A stretch of 61,638 bases of DNA, counting the filler, from Chiloscyllium plagiosum (Eukaryota): NCBI RefSeq assembly GCF_004010195.1. It is 4 parts of one record of this genome, joined end to end, with 100 filler letters (N's around TTAATTAATTAA, not from the genome) between each part and the next. Parts side by side here need not be neighbours in the genome. Positions count along the whole stretch, not along the records: positions 38,200 to 61,638 come from NC_057710.1; 3 more parts are not named here. One strand, given 5' to 3'. Positions 38,284 through 50,735 of the stretch are shown one piece after another (position 1 is the stretch's first letter; the number at the start of each line of letters is the position of its first letter). A program made the translations under genes and the position numbers. The notes beneath the pieces were generated by a model, which did no database searches, was not told where the DNA came from, and saw only the letters and a list, made by a program, of their open reading frames with translations.

Positions 38284-38895
38284 TTAGTTTAAACCCCGCC
38301 CAAGAGCACTAGCAAACCTCCCCCCAAGGATACTGGTGCCCCTCAGTTTCAGGTGTAGACCATCCTGTTTATAGAGGTCCCATCGTCCCCAGAAAGAACC
38401 CCAGTTATCCAAAAACCGGAATCCCTCCCTCCTGCACCATCCCTTTAGCCACGCATTTAAGTGTTCTCTTTCCCTATTCCTTGAATCTCTATCACGTGGC
38501 ACGGGTAACAAATCAGAGACAACAACTCTGTTCGTTCTAACTCTGAGCTTCCAACCTAGCTCCCTGAAAGCCTGTCTAACATCCTCGGCACTCCTCCTAC
38601 CTATGTCGTTGGTGCCAATGTGGACCACGACTTCGGGCTGCTCCCCCTCCCCCTCCAGGACCCGGAAAACACGATCAGAGACATCACGTACCCTTGCACC
38701 TGGGAGGCAACATACCAAACGTGAGTCTCTCTCGTTCCCACAAAACCGCCTATCTGTGCCCCTAACTATCGAGTCCCCAATTACTACTGCTCTGCTCTTC
38801 TTCACCCTTCCCTTCTGAGTAACGGGGACAGGCTCCGTGCCAGAGACCTGAGCCCCGTTACTTACCCCTGGTAAGTCATCCCCCCCACAAGTATC
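38284..38895 (-). mobile_element. CR1 ORF1 C-terminal SGNH/GDSL esterase domain (5'-truncated)
   Basis: VVIGDSIVR, CLPGAR, HIGTND and DGLHL blocks. The frame stays open upstream of 38805 (DTCGGDDLPGVSNG..) to about 38895. Confidence 0.9.
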
Positions 38896-38899
38896 TTCT

Positions 38900-39830
38900 T
38901 CCTTAGTTCAGTCTTAAATGACCTACTCCTTATTCTGGCATTATGTCCTTTTGTTCTAGAGTAAGTGGAGACAAGAAACATCCCATATATATCTACACTA
39001 CACCACCCTGTATGAACTGCATTAAGTGAGATAACTTCTCTTTATAGACCTAGTTCCCAGAATTTCACTCAAAAAATGCAACTCCAAGGATTAATCTGGT
39101 AACCTACATTGAACTGCTTCTGTGACAAATATAGCCTTCCTGACTGTACTTCAGGTGAGATGTCAGCAAGACTTGCATCAGCAAGCTAGGTTTCCATGTC
39201 CTATTGATATGGACAACCAGATCCCTCAGACACTCCACTTCTCAAACTCTTATTATCTAAGAAATATTCTGCTTTTCTGTTTCTTTTTACCAAATTCTTA
39301 ATGATGTGTATTCCATCTGCCAACTGCCATGATCTAGTCCATTCACCTAGATTGTCCAAGCCCTCTTGAAACCTTTTTGCATCATCTTCACCACTTTTAT
39401 TCCTATCAAGACTTTGGAGTCACCAGCAAAGATTTGGAAATATTACAGCTGGTTCCTACATTTAAATCTTTTATATAGGTTGCAAAATGTTTTAGATTTG
39501 CACTGACCATTGCAATACCTCTTTGTAACAGTCTGCCTTTCTGAGAATGATCCATCTTTTCCTGCTTTCTGCCTTTATACCAATCCACACCAATATATGA
39601 CCCCAATCCCATGCCCTGATTTCAGTTATGCACCTCCTGTGTGGGAACTGATCAAAAGCTTACTGAATTCCAATACACCACATCCACTAGTTCTCCTCTC
39701 TCAATCCACAATGAACATCCTCAAACTTTCTAACAATTTTGTCCACATGATTTCCCATTCATAAATCCATGTTGATCACCTGATTTTGTTATTCTTTTCT
39801 AAACGTAAGTTATCGTATCCTTTCAACCTA
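38900..39830 (-). mobile_element. Degenerate CR1 RT fragment
   Basis: Reverse CR1 motifs (ccatctgcc, caccagcaaagatttggaaat, atcaaaagcttactgaa, catgatttcccattcataaatccatg). Confidence 0.75.
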
Positions 39831-40199
39831 GCTACAGTCAAGATTGTGGGTTGGAAGGTGTTGTTGAAAGATATAGCAGCAGTGAGATGAGGGTGTCAAG
39901 AGTGCATTAATTAGCACCCAGGCAAGAAGGCTACCCAAAATCCTGCCCACTCTGAATGTTATTGGGCAGAGGTGGAAGGGTGGTGAGGATCTCACCCTAT
40001 AGGAAGGCCTATTGTCACACTTGCCCACTCGCCACCAATTCAGACCATTATGTTTCCGATTATTAGCAACATGAGGGTCTCAGCCCATCCCAAGCTGCAA
40101 ACAAGCCTCTCGCCATGCTGCCTGCCTTACAGCTACAACAACCCTCACCCATCACTTCACAGTTTTCTGCCCCTTTTGGAGGAGTACAAACCCACTGTA

Positions 40200-40696
40200 T
40201 GATTCCCATCACGGAGTCTCTGCACAAATTCACACGTTGGCTATCCCTGTGGAGATTGCGGAGGCATTATTGATGATCTTTCAGGAATCATACAGTGAGT
40301 CAGGGAGGGTCCCAGAGGACTGGAAAACACCTAATGTAATGCCATGGTTTAAGAAGGACTGTGGAGGCCAAGTTATTTAGTGTTTTTAATAGAGAAATAG
40401 ATTGTTACTTCATTTGTGAGGGGATCACAGGTTATAAGGACAAGACAGGAGAATGGGTGTGAGAAACAGATTCCTGAAGAAGGGCTTATGCCTGAAACGT
40501 CGATTCTCCTGCTCCTTGGATGCTGCCTGACCTGCTGCACTTTTCCAGCAACACATTTTTCAGCTCTGATCTCCAGCATCTGCAGCCCTCACTTTCTCCT
40601 AGGTGAGGAACAGATCAGCCATGATTAAATGGTGTAATAGACTTTATGAGCTGAATGTCCTAATTCTGCAGTTATATTTCATGGTCTTATGGTCTT
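40200..40696 (+). mobile_element. CR1 fragments with 3' tail
   Basis: gtcccagaggactggaaa..aatgtaa..tttaagaagg and tail atggtcttatggtctt. Confidence 0.8.
40472..40602 (+). mobile_element. Solo PLE terminal repeat beginning at an HHR; 13-bp TSD
   Basis: TSD gtgag(a/g)aacagat at 40459-40471 and 40603-40615. The insert begins tcCTGAAGAagggcttatgcctGAAACGTC. Confidence 0.9.
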
Positions 40697-41721
40697 TTAA
40701 ATTTAGTTCCATTTTGCATGACTCATATTGAATATCTGAAGTACAGACACACTTACTCGTATTTGAATAATTAATAAAATTAGAAAACAATTGTAACTAG
40801 GGTAGAAAAAGGGACAGGGTGCAGCTGATATGGCAAAAAAGCTGAATTTCAAAAGCCCCAAAATTAGGTATTATGATTGGGTTTTAAATTACATAATAAC
40901 TGGAGAGCTGGAGAGCTTTGAGTTAGTTTTATAATGGTCTTTGATCACTGTGCACAGAGAATGAGTTATATAACTAAAAGTTGCTGATAATAGAGTAATC
41001 ATTTTTATCTGCCTTCATTGATTAATAGCCAAAGTTTGAACTTCTTATACATTAGTCATAATCAATAAAGCAAATGATTCATCAGAGGAATGAAATCCCT
41101 ATACTCACCAGTGTGTAAACCTCAAGGGATCGCACAGTAAGAACAGTGTTGTGCAAAGTCCCTGAAGAGGTTTTCATTTTCAACAATTTAGTGTGACTCA
41201 GTATTTCACATACTCACACTTATCGTGTCATCAGGTCTCACAGCACCATCAATCAATCATCAGACAGGACAAAGTCAGACTGTGAACCTGAACATTATGG
41301 GATGTTGATTAATGGAGGACATGGGGATCTTGCCTGCTGGTTCATTGACACTTGCTCGTGATCACTGATAATCCAAGACATAGATGAGTGATGGCAGGAG
41401 AAAGATTGCAGACTGAGGGTCACGCAGGAGAGGCTCAGCAGGATGGCCATGGAGATAACTCCAATTGGGCACTCCTTCCTCATGCCTTGATCAGGGATTG
41501 ATTGCCTTTAATCGAGGAAATCCTCCTTGCGCACCATGCACTCAATTTTCCGACCTCAGAGGTCCACTTGCAACTCTGGCAGTGCCAACTTTTCAAGTTT
41601 TCTCCATCCCCCATCATCCTCTACTGGGCAAATATCAGTGGTATGGAATCAGGCTCCTGAGTTGGCATTAAATGCCCACTTAATTGTCTCAATTGGTCAT
41701 GGGACATGATGCCCATCCAGT

Positions 41722-42048
41722 GGGTGGCACGGTGGCACAGTGGTTAGCACTGCTGCCTCACAGCGCCAGAGACCCGGGTTCAATTACCGCCTCAGGCAAC
41801 TGTCTGTGTGGAATTTGCACATTCTCCCGTGTCTGCGAGAGTTTCCTCCGGCTGCTCTGGTTTCCTCCCACAATCCAAAAATGTGCAGGTGAGGTGAATT
41901 AGCCACGCTAAACATTGCCTGTAGTGTTAGGTGAAGGGGTAAATGGAGGGCAATGGGTCTGGGTGGGTTGCGCTTTGGTGGGTCGGTGTGGACTTGTTGG
42001 GCCGAAGGGCCTGTTTCCACACTGTAGGTAATCTAATCCAATCTAATC
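41722..42048 (+). mobile_element. HE1-type V-SINE, near full length
   Basis: A-box tggcacagtgg, B-box ggttcaattacc, V-domain, CR1-like tail and (aatct)n end. Confidence 0.92.
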
Positions 42049-42214
42049 AAAACTTGCCCACCGTGAACTTCTTAAGGTCAGAGATGGGAAGATGGCACCC
42101 ATTTACCACTCTCCCACTTCAGCCATCAAGTTTGTTATGGGCATTAAAATCCACATTATGATTTAAGGAAGGCACTATAATCTAATCAAATCTCTGATTT
42201 CACATTATTATATT

Positions 42215-42745
42215 AGAGGGTATCAACGGTGTTGTCCTATTAGACTAGCCCAGATTCAGATTCAGGCTGATGCCCTCGGGACACAGGTTCAAATTTCACA
42301 AAAAATACTTAAATGTGTTTAATTTCAATATATAATGAATTCAATTAATTAACAATAGATTTGGAATTGAAAACTAGACTCAGTTACAGTTCCATGAATT
42401 TATAAATGACTGGTTTAAAAATCCTTCTGATTCACAAATGTCCTTAAAGGAAGGAGATCTGCTATAGGCCTAATCTGGTCTGCATGTAATTCCAGAACCA
42501 CAGCAATGTGGTTGACTTTGAACTGCTCTCTGACATGGCATAGCAAGGCACCCAGTTAGATCATGCTGCTGCAAAGTCAAAAATGAATTAAACCAGATGG
42601 ACTGTCTAAAACAAATTCAGCCAATTGAAACAACAATGGTACATGGAATAGTGTTAACCTTGAAAAGTCCTCTGTACGAATATCTGCAGACATGCTAAAA
42701 TTGAGAGAGATGTCCTGCAGATAAATCAACCAACAGCATGAAAGT
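42215..42745 (+). mobile_element. SINE-like head continuing into a decayed LINE 5' region
   Basis: ccacagcaatgtggttgact shared with 13140-13425 and 57085-57648, followed by a decayed endonuclease-like N-terminus (aaaattgagagagatgtcctgcagataaatcaaccaacagc). Confidence 0.55.
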
Positions 42746-43384
42746 CAAAAAAAATGAATCAGAATTTTCTGACAATTTTCAGAAATTACCTTCAACATTC
42801 TTTGATATGGTGTCTCCAACTGGAAGGACAAACCCAACAGAAGTGGGAGATGCCATGGAGGTCCTCATTATTGGCTTAATGAGGTCTCATGGCATCAGGT
42901 CACACATGGGCAAGGACACCTATTATTTGACACTTACCACCCTCCCTTTCTTGCTGGATCTGCTCTCCTCCCTGCTGAACTCCAGTTGGAAGAAACTTTG
43001 AGGACAGAAAGGGAACTCTGTGATATGAGGTGATGAGACATACTGACGATCTGCCTCCATCACATGTTACTCATGTTAAGGGTAAGACATGGGTCATGTT
43101 GAACTGAAGAACTCAATGAGCCTTTATTAAAGCTCTTGGTATTTACATATGTACACAACAATCACAGGTGTAACTTTCACATGTGGGCTCAAGATAAGCT
43201 ACTTGGATTAAAAATAGCTTGTTTTCCTCAGCATGACATGCTGCAAGAGGACAGAGCTCAGTAAGACAGAGACTGATTGTATTAAGTCACATGCCATGAT
43301 GCCGTTCCTTAAAGGTATACTGCACATCTGCTGTGAGACCCAAGACAACATTCCCCTTCATTCAAAGAAAATAAATCCTGAATT

Positions 43385-43912
43385 GGCAGTATCTCAGCCT
43401 GGCGTCATGGATTCTCAGCCTGGCATAGTGGTCATTCGGCTCAGTGTGATGTTCTCTTGGCCCAGTGTGGCAGATTCTCAGCCTCACATGGCGGTCTCTC
43501 GGCCAAGTGTGGCGGTCTCTCAACTTGATGTGGTGATCTCATGACCTGATGTGGTGGTCTCTTGACCTGATGTGGTGGTCCCTTGACCCAGTATGGTAGT
43601 CTTTTGGCCCAGTGTGGCAATCTTTTGGCCCTCCTTGGCGGATTCTCGGCCTGGTGTGGTGGTCTCTCAGCCTGGTATGGCGGTCTCTCAGCTCGGTGTG
43701 GTGGTCTCTCGGCCTGGCATGGTGGTCTCTTGGCCTTGTGTGCGGTCTCTTGGCCTGGCATGGTGGTCTCTTGGCCCGGTGTGCCGGATTCTCGGCCTGG
43801 TGTGGCAGATTCTTGGCCTGATGTGGTGGTATCTTGGCCTGGCATGGCGATCTCTTGGCCTGGTGTGGTGGATTCTCAGCCTGGTGTGGCGGTCTTTCGG
43901 CCTAATGTGGCC
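43385..43912. repeat. 21-bp minisatellite, about 25 degenerate copies
   Basis: Unit approximately gtctctcggcctggtgtggtg with period 21. Confidence 0.92.
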
Positions 43913-44589
43913 TCAGCATGGTCTTCTGGTCTTGAGGTGAATCCTTGAAGTACAGTACCACCCTGGCTAAGCACTTAAGAAAGACTGTAATGTTTGAACT
44001 TTCAGCTTTAATTCTTTATTTTATACTTAAAATTAAAAAGGACAGCAATTTGTAACTTTTAACCTTCATTTGTTAAACGCTATTTTATAATTACTGCAAT
44101 GTTTAATTTTTGACTCCGTGGGCAAAGCAAATTCACAAATGAGGCTGGTGTTGACCTGATACTTTGTACTGTTAAATGCCAAACCATGTTGTTACAATGC
44201 TGCCATTAGCAGGTCAACGTTGGTATCATGTTCTCCCTTTGTCTGACTCCTGACTGTGATATCATCACCAAACACTGTCAGGAACATTTTCAATAATGCT
44301 ATCCATGGAGTAGGTCTTGGGTTATTGATTCCCCAAATGGCAACAGTCAGAAACAGTACTGTCCAATATTTCATGATTTTTTGGGATTCTTCTGCTGGAT
44401 GGATGGACCACAAGGCATATTGTGCGTCTAGTTTGGAAAAGAACCTATGAAAAAAAAAAGTTTTAAAATTCTTTCAGTTTTGGTATTTATGTGGACTTTT
44501 TTTAAGTTAGTGTGTTAGGGGCCTTGCATCTGAATATACTCTTACTGTGCCATCTTTTCTTTAAAAAGTGTTCTCTCCAACACAGTCAC

Positions 44590-44775
44590 CATCATGACTT
44601 GGAAATATATCACTGCCATTGAGTCTAAATCCTGGAATTCCCTCCCTAACTGCATTGTAGGTCTACCTACATTGACTGCAACAGTTCAAAATGGCACCAC
44701 CATTTTACTGGCAACTAGGGATGAGCAATACATGCTCGTCCAGCCAGCAACATCACATCCCATAAGCAAATCTTA
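44590..44775 (+). mobile_element. LINE/SINE 3' end nested in the LTR element
   Basis: aatcctggaattccctccctaac..gcaactagggatgagcaata..cagccagcaacatcacatccca; similar tail at 58040-58107. Confidence 0.6.
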
Positions 44776-45627
44776 AAAAACACATCTTATGGAACCACAC
44801 ACATCCATGTAATGGTCAACTTTTGAATTATACTATTTCACTCAATCTTTTTCAAATCCACTGAATGTACACACGGCATTTCCTTGGAGCATCAATAAGT
44901 TGGTTGCATCATCTTTAGGATGCAATGTTGCATGACTCTGAAAAGTGCTAATCTTGTTCAAGCAGTCTGGGTAGAGTCATTGGAAATAATTCTCTGACCC
45001 AATAGCATCAAATTTGCTGTTTCTACCATAGTGGCTATGGCTTGAATCGAATGAATGATTACAATGCTGAGGTGGATTATGGTTATCATGCCACTGATGG
45101 ATGATTGCTGTGTATTGGGTGGTAGATTTGGGAATCCATGCTGAATTTCCCTTCCTGAGGAAAGGTTACACCCAGAACATCGACTTCTCCACCTCCTGAC
45201 TTGCTGTGTTCTTCTGGCCTCCTGCCTGTCTACTTTGAAGTTCCAAGTTTGCACTGCAGTATGTTTGCACCATTGCATGGAATTAATGATCCATTGTATT
45301 CTGTAGATTGTTCGAGGTTGTGCTACGGAGTACCCCTTGTTTGGGTATATATCTTTGAGAATGCGTAGTGATAATATGTTGGCACTAACTCCCATATCAA
45401 TACTTGTCTTTCAGGGTACAGGAACTTGCCTTTTGGGACAAACAATATTGAGAGTCACAAAATCCTTTGCTCATCTTAAACAGTGGTTGCAGACTGTGTA
45501 TTTGACAATATGGGAAGGCTTGGTCAACTTCCAAAGGTTGCTTTTTTGGATTGTTGCCTGTTCAGTTTGCACATGTTTGAATGATGTTCCCTGCTGTGCT
45601 GTGCTAAAGCTTTCCTGGTCATCAGGA

Positions 45628-45868
45628 GTTTGAAGAAGAGCCACACTGGACTTGAAATGTTAATAAAAGCAAAATACTATGGATGCTGGAAACAAACACA
45701 GAGAACGCTGGAGAAACTTGGTAGATACAGCATTATCCATGCAGTAAAAAACACAGTTAATGTTTGAGTCCAGTGTGACCATTCTTCAGAACTTTACAAC
45801 GTGAGCTCTGTTTCTCTCTCCACAGATGCTGCCAGACCAGTTGAGTTTCTCCAGCAACTTCTGTTTGA
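45628..45868. mobile_element. Two old nested PLE terminal repeats (plus copy interrupted by a minus copy)
   Basis: Plus ttgaagaagagccacactggacttgaaatgtt resumes at about 45797 (aacgtgagctctgtttctctctccacagatgctgccagacc). The minus copy at about 45663-45793 ends gagtccagtgtgaccattcttcagaac. Confidence 0.7.
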
Positions 45869-46296
45869 AATTCTTGTTCAGGGGTCGGGTTTGGCTTTTA
45901 CGACAAAATTTTCTGCACATAGCTGACCAATGTGCTTAGGTACCACATACTTTGGATATGTGAAAACAAAACTTGACAGCTTCTTGGTTGGTATGTCAAA
46001 CTGCATCTAAGACAGATTTTGTTGGTTTTGGACACTGCTGACCCCAGCAGTAATGTTCGCTATACCCAAAGCATATAGACAATATTGGCCTACCACAACA
46101 GCTTGATGATAGTGTCTAACTTTCAGAAAGACATCAATGGCAGAGCCCTTTCTCTTGCACAGAATATCTTTCCTATGCAGCGATATCATGATGACCTGCC
46201 ACTATCGCACCACATTACCTACATTAGTACCCATACCATAAAGATGAAAAATGGATGATGTACTTCAGAAGAATTCAACAAATGTTTATGTATGCT

Positions 46297-46800
46297 AATA
46301 AGAACATAAGAACTAGGAGCAGGAGTAGGCCATCTGGCCCATCAAGCCTGCTCTGCCATTCAATAAGATCATGGCTACTCTTTTTCATGGACTCAGCTCC
46401 ACTTACCCACCTGCTCACTATAACCCTTAGTTCATTTGCTGTTCAAAAATCTATTTATCTTTGCTTTAAAAACATTCAACGAGGTAACCTCAACTGTTTC
46501 ACGAGGCAGAGAATTCCACAGATTCACAATCCTTTGGGTGAAGAAGTTCCTCCTCAGCTCAGTCCTAACGCTGCTCCTCCTTATTTTGAGGCTATACCCC
46601 CAAGTTCTAATTTAACCTGCCAGTGAAAACAACCTCCCTGCTTCTATCTTATCTATCAGACCCCCGTCATTCTTCTAAATTCCAGTGGGTATAGTCCCAA
46701 TCATTGCAATCCCTTCTTATAAGGCAATCTCCTCAATTCTGGAATCAACGCAGTGAACCTCTTCTACATCCCCTCGAGTGCCAGTACATCCTTCCTCACT
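46297..46800 (-). mobile_element. CR1 3' end, inserted across the 5' LTR/leader of the Gypsy element
   Basis: (ataagaac)2 tail, gcaggagtaggcc, gaattccacagattcac, gaagaagttcctcctca. Confidence 0.88.
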
Positions 46801-47124
46801 GTCATACAGTAAGAACGCGTGAACATGTTCTTTAAAGGGATACTGCACATCTGCTGCGAGACATAAGACAACACGCTGGTTAGAGGAATTCAGAGTTCAG
46901 TGTTCTGCTGTGTTTTTGGGGTCTAATTCTATATAGTCTCCAAAAGTAATGCTGCTTGAGTCCATGGAACCTGTAATTTATTTCACCTACACATATTCTC
47001 ACAAGACTCGGTTAGAGTTTTTGCTTCCTCCCTGTTGTCTCTACATAATCGTGTAACACTGATATTATCATTACATGACTAAACTTCATCACTACATGCA
47101 CTGCTCATATTAATTATAATACTC

Positions 47125-48790
47125 AGCATCCATCACCGAAAGTGGCTCAGGATCTCCGAGCTGGTCAAGCCCTAAAGGACGTAACTGTTGGACTGGTGTT
47201 GTGGCAGGTGGTGAGGGAAACAACAAAAGGCAAAAACTTGCTTGACCGCATCCTCATCAGCTTACTCATCACAGATACAACTCTCTATGATGATATAAGT
47301 GGGAGTGATCACTTAACGGTCACATTATCACACTGTGTATACCCTCATCATATCATGGGTCACTACCACCATAGAATAGATTCAGAGTAGATCTAGCAGG
47401 TCAGAGCTGCTCTGAGAGTCTACGGGAGCCAGTAACATCAGGAGAATTATAGTCAATCACAATCTTGGGCTTAACATACCCATCACCCTACCATCATCAT
47501 GAAGTCAGGGGATCAAGCAAAATTTAATGAAGAATGTAGGAAAGCATTAAAGGACCACCAACAGGCTTACCTAAAAATGAAACTACAACAAAGAAGTACT
47601 TACCACATGCAATAGACAGAGTTATCTAAGTCCATAGCCTGTGGATCAGACGTAAGCTCAGCTGCTGTGCTAAATCCAGTCTTACATGGTGATAATAAAA
47701 CGCCAGGAGGAGGAGACACCACAAGTATCTCAGAAAACAGCACATCAGTGCAAGAGACAAGTCAACCAGAAATGTCAACTGGATGATCCATCTCTGCAAT
47801 CCAACACCATCATAAATGCCAGCCTTCAGCCAGTCTGATTCCCTCCATGTGATATCAATAAACAGCTGAAGGCATGGATACTGCAAAGCGTCTGGGCCCT
47901 GCTAACTACACACTTGGCCAACACACCCTAGTCCAGCTGTAATGCTGGCATCTACCCAACAATGTGGAAAATTGCTCCTGTACACACTGTACACAAGAAG
48001 TCAAATTCAATCCAGCTAATTGCAATTCATTGGCCTCCTCTCAATCACCAACAAAGTGATGACACAGCAACAGTTTGAGTGACACTAACCTCCTTAGTGT
48101 CAGTAATAACCTGTTTAATGTCACTCAGTTTAGATTTCATCAGCGCCCCTCAGCTTCTGACCTCATGAAATCTCAGAATTCCCATTCTCTGACCCATTCC
48201 ACTAAGCCACAGTCCAGTAGTTATATGTCTGGTTCAGTCACTAGGAGAAAGTGAGGACGGCAGATGCTGGAGATCAGAGTCAACAAGTATGTTGCTGGAA
48301 AAGCACAGCAGGTCAGGCAGCATCTGAGGAGCAGGAGAGTCGATATTTTGGGCATAAGCCCTTCATCAAGAATGGTTCAGTTCATACTCTGGTCAACCAT
48401 AACACATTGATAGTGTGGGTTTCAGTGATGGTAATGACATCAACTGTCAAGAGAATATATGGTTAGATTCCCTTGAAGGAAATGGTCATGATGTGGCACT
48501 TTAGTGTGACAATTTTACTTGCTGCTTTTCAGCCCAGTCTTGAATGTTGGCTAACTTTGTTGCATTTGGACACAACTGCTTTGTCTCTGAGGAGATGTAA
48601 ATGATGCTGAACATTGTGCAATCATCGGCGAACATCCCCACTACTAATGAAGAGAATTCATGAAGCAGCTGAAGATGTTTGGGCCCAGAATCCTATCCTG
48701 AGGAGCTCCTGAAGTGATGGCCTGGGTGTGAGATGAGTAGTGCCTGCAGGAATGTAATGTGAGCAAGTTAAACATTTGTACACGACTGCC
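47125..48790. mobile_element. Decayed L2/CR1-group LINE (plus 47125-48170, inverted part about 48180-48790)
   Basis: Plus QVVRETTKGKNLLDRIL..ISGSDH and aatgtggaaaattgc; minus ITSGAPQDRILGPNIFSCFMN (RT). Confidence 0.7.
48242..48372 (-). mobile_element. Solo PLE terminal repeat whose 5' end is the HHR; 9-bp TSD
   Basis: tggttcagt at 48230-48238 and 48373-48381. The minus strand starts ttcTTGATGAagggcttatgccc (degenerate core). Confidence 0.85.
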
Positions 48791-49329
48791 ACAGATCAGA
48801 ATTCCCACTCTGCTACTTCTATCATAGGTCAATGGTGTTTTTTATTCATGAGGTTAATTCTCAGATTCTGCATATCTGTCAGTCATAATTATGCAGCAAT
48901 TAAATTTTCAAAGGGAAGTGTTTTCTGACTCATTTCACATTTTGGAATTCCAGTTACTCACAAGGTTTAAAATACCCTTCTTTAATCTGTTCTATTTTGG
49001 GAACTACAACATTTTTTTTAGCTTCAGTTTGGGAAACAGGTGAGTGAGTGGGTAGGCATTCATCAGACTTATGAGGGTGATAATCTTCCTCAGTTCTATT
49101 GATACTTTGGATTATTTTCCTGATGCTTGCCTCAAAAGTGGTGATTTTGTTACTCCATACTGCATGAGGGTTGTGCTTTGACATTTGCAAAGCAACGTGG
49201 CTTCTTTCCTATTATAAGAGCCACATTTTGGTGCCATCCATTTTGGACCAGACTGAACATTCACATGTTCCTTGCTTTGCTTTCCACCATTCAACTGTTC
49301 ATTTTTAGACATTAAGGACCGATTTTGTA

Positions 49330-50735
49330 AAAGATGGTTGATGAGGACAGCACGGTTGATGTTGTCTATGAAGACTTTAGCAAAGCCTTTGACAAGATCC
49401 CTCATGGCAGGCTGATATGAAAGGTGAAGTTACATGGGATCTGTGGCGAGTTGGTAAGATGAATGCAGAACTGGCTCAGTCATAGAAGACCGAAGATAGC
49501 AGTGGAAAGTTTGTAGGGTTTATGACCAGTGGTGTTCTGCAGCGATCAGTGCTCTGACCCTTGTTTGGAATGTATATAAATGATTTGGTAGAGAAATTAG
49601 GTGTTCTGATTAATAAATTTGCAGATAACACAAAGATTGGAAGGTCTGTGGAGAGTGAGGAGGATTGGCAAAGGATACAGCAGGATATAGATAGGCTGAC
49701 ACTTGGGTGGAGAAATGGCAAATTAAATTTAATCCAGACAAATGTGAGGTGATGCATTTTGGAAGGTCTAATGTAGGAGGGACATATATAATAGATAGCA
49801 GAACTCTTAGAAGAGTTCTGTAGAGGGATCTAGGTACATAGGTCCACAGTTCCTTGCAAGTGGCAACACAAGTGGATAAGATGGTCAAGAGGGCATATGG
49901 CATGCTTGCCTTCATCAGTTAGGGTATTGAGAATACAAATTGGCAAGTCATGTTGCAGCTGTACAAAACTTTAGCTAGGCCACATTTGGATTATTGCGTA
50001 CTTTAATAGAGCACATTTGGATTATTGTGTACAGTTCTGGTCACCATATTACCAGAAGAAGGCTTCGGAGAGGGCACAGAAATTATTTGGCAGGATGTTG
50101 CCTAGTTTGAAAGAGGAGAAATTAGACAAACTCAGTCTATTTTCATTTGAACGACGGAGGCTAAGGGATGGCCTGATGGAGACATAGATAGAATGGATAG
50201 TTCGAATCTATTGCCCAGGGTAGAATTTCAATTACATGGGGACATAGATTTAAGTAAACGGGGTAAGTTAAAACAAGATGTGAGGTGCAAATTTATTGCA
50301 CAGAGGGTGGTAAATGCCTGGCATGTACTGCCAGAAGAGATGGTAGAAGCAGATACAATAGCAATGTTTAAGAGACATCTTGACTGATATATGAATATGA
50401 TTTGGAGATGCCGGTGTTGGACTGGGGTGTACAAAGTTAAAAATCACACAACACCAGGTTATACTCCAACAGGTTTAATTGGAAGCACACTAGCTTTCGG
50501 AGCAACGCTCCTTCATCAGGTGATTGCCCTGATGAAGGAGCGTTGCTCCGAAAGCTAGTGTGCTTCCAATTAAACCTGTTGGACTATAACCTGGTGTTGT
50601 GTGATATATGAATAGGCAGGGAATAAAGGGATGTGGACCACTTAGAGCCAAATAGTTTTTAGTATAGAAAGGTATTGTGTGTCAGCTTAGGCTCGATTGG
50701 TCAGGGGCCTGTCCCTGTGCTGTCCTGTTCTTTGT
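49330..50735 (+). mobile_element. CR1 RT and 3' UTR
   Basis: gactttagcaaagcctttgacaag, YINDL..KFADNTK, QRVVNAWHVLP..FKRHLD. Confidence 0.9.
50398..50605. mobile_element. Palindromic PLE insertion with an intact HHR core on each strand; 13-bp TSD
   Basis: 78-nt arms at 50443-50520 and 50528-50605 (1 mismatch, 7-nt loop). TSD tgatatatgaata at 50385-50397 and 50602-50614. Core CTGATGA-a-GGAGC-gtt-GCTCC-GAAAGCTA. Confidence 0.93.

Larger units (their letters stand above)
43065..46873 (-). mobile_element. Decayed Gypsy/Mag-type LTR retrotransposon (5' LTR remnant, gag, PR, RT, minisatellite, PPT, 3' LTR)
   Basis: 47-bp direct repeat at 43304-43350 and 46827-46873 (5 mismatches), both starting TGTTG on minus. 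PPT gaatgaaggggaa abuts the 3' LTR start, and AATAAA lies on minus at about 43123. Peptides VCGT*AHWSAMC (knuckle), IDMGVSANIL (protease), FFSKLDA, LPFG and FGDDI (RT). The left boundary is tentative. Confidence 0.8.

Noticed and set aside
38284..38805. SGNH hydrolase as a host or bacterial gene
   Set aside because: Matches the esterase domain of CR1 ORF1, is 5'-truncated and lies among CR1 fragments.
43385..43912. Possible CRISPR-like array
   Set aside because: Contiguous tandem units with no unique spacers, no cas genes, and a vertebrate context.
43233..43948. Several overlapping ORFs of up to about 134 aa with repetitive peptides
   Set aside because: By-product of a stop-poor 21-bp (multiple of 3) minisatellite; no evidence of a gene.
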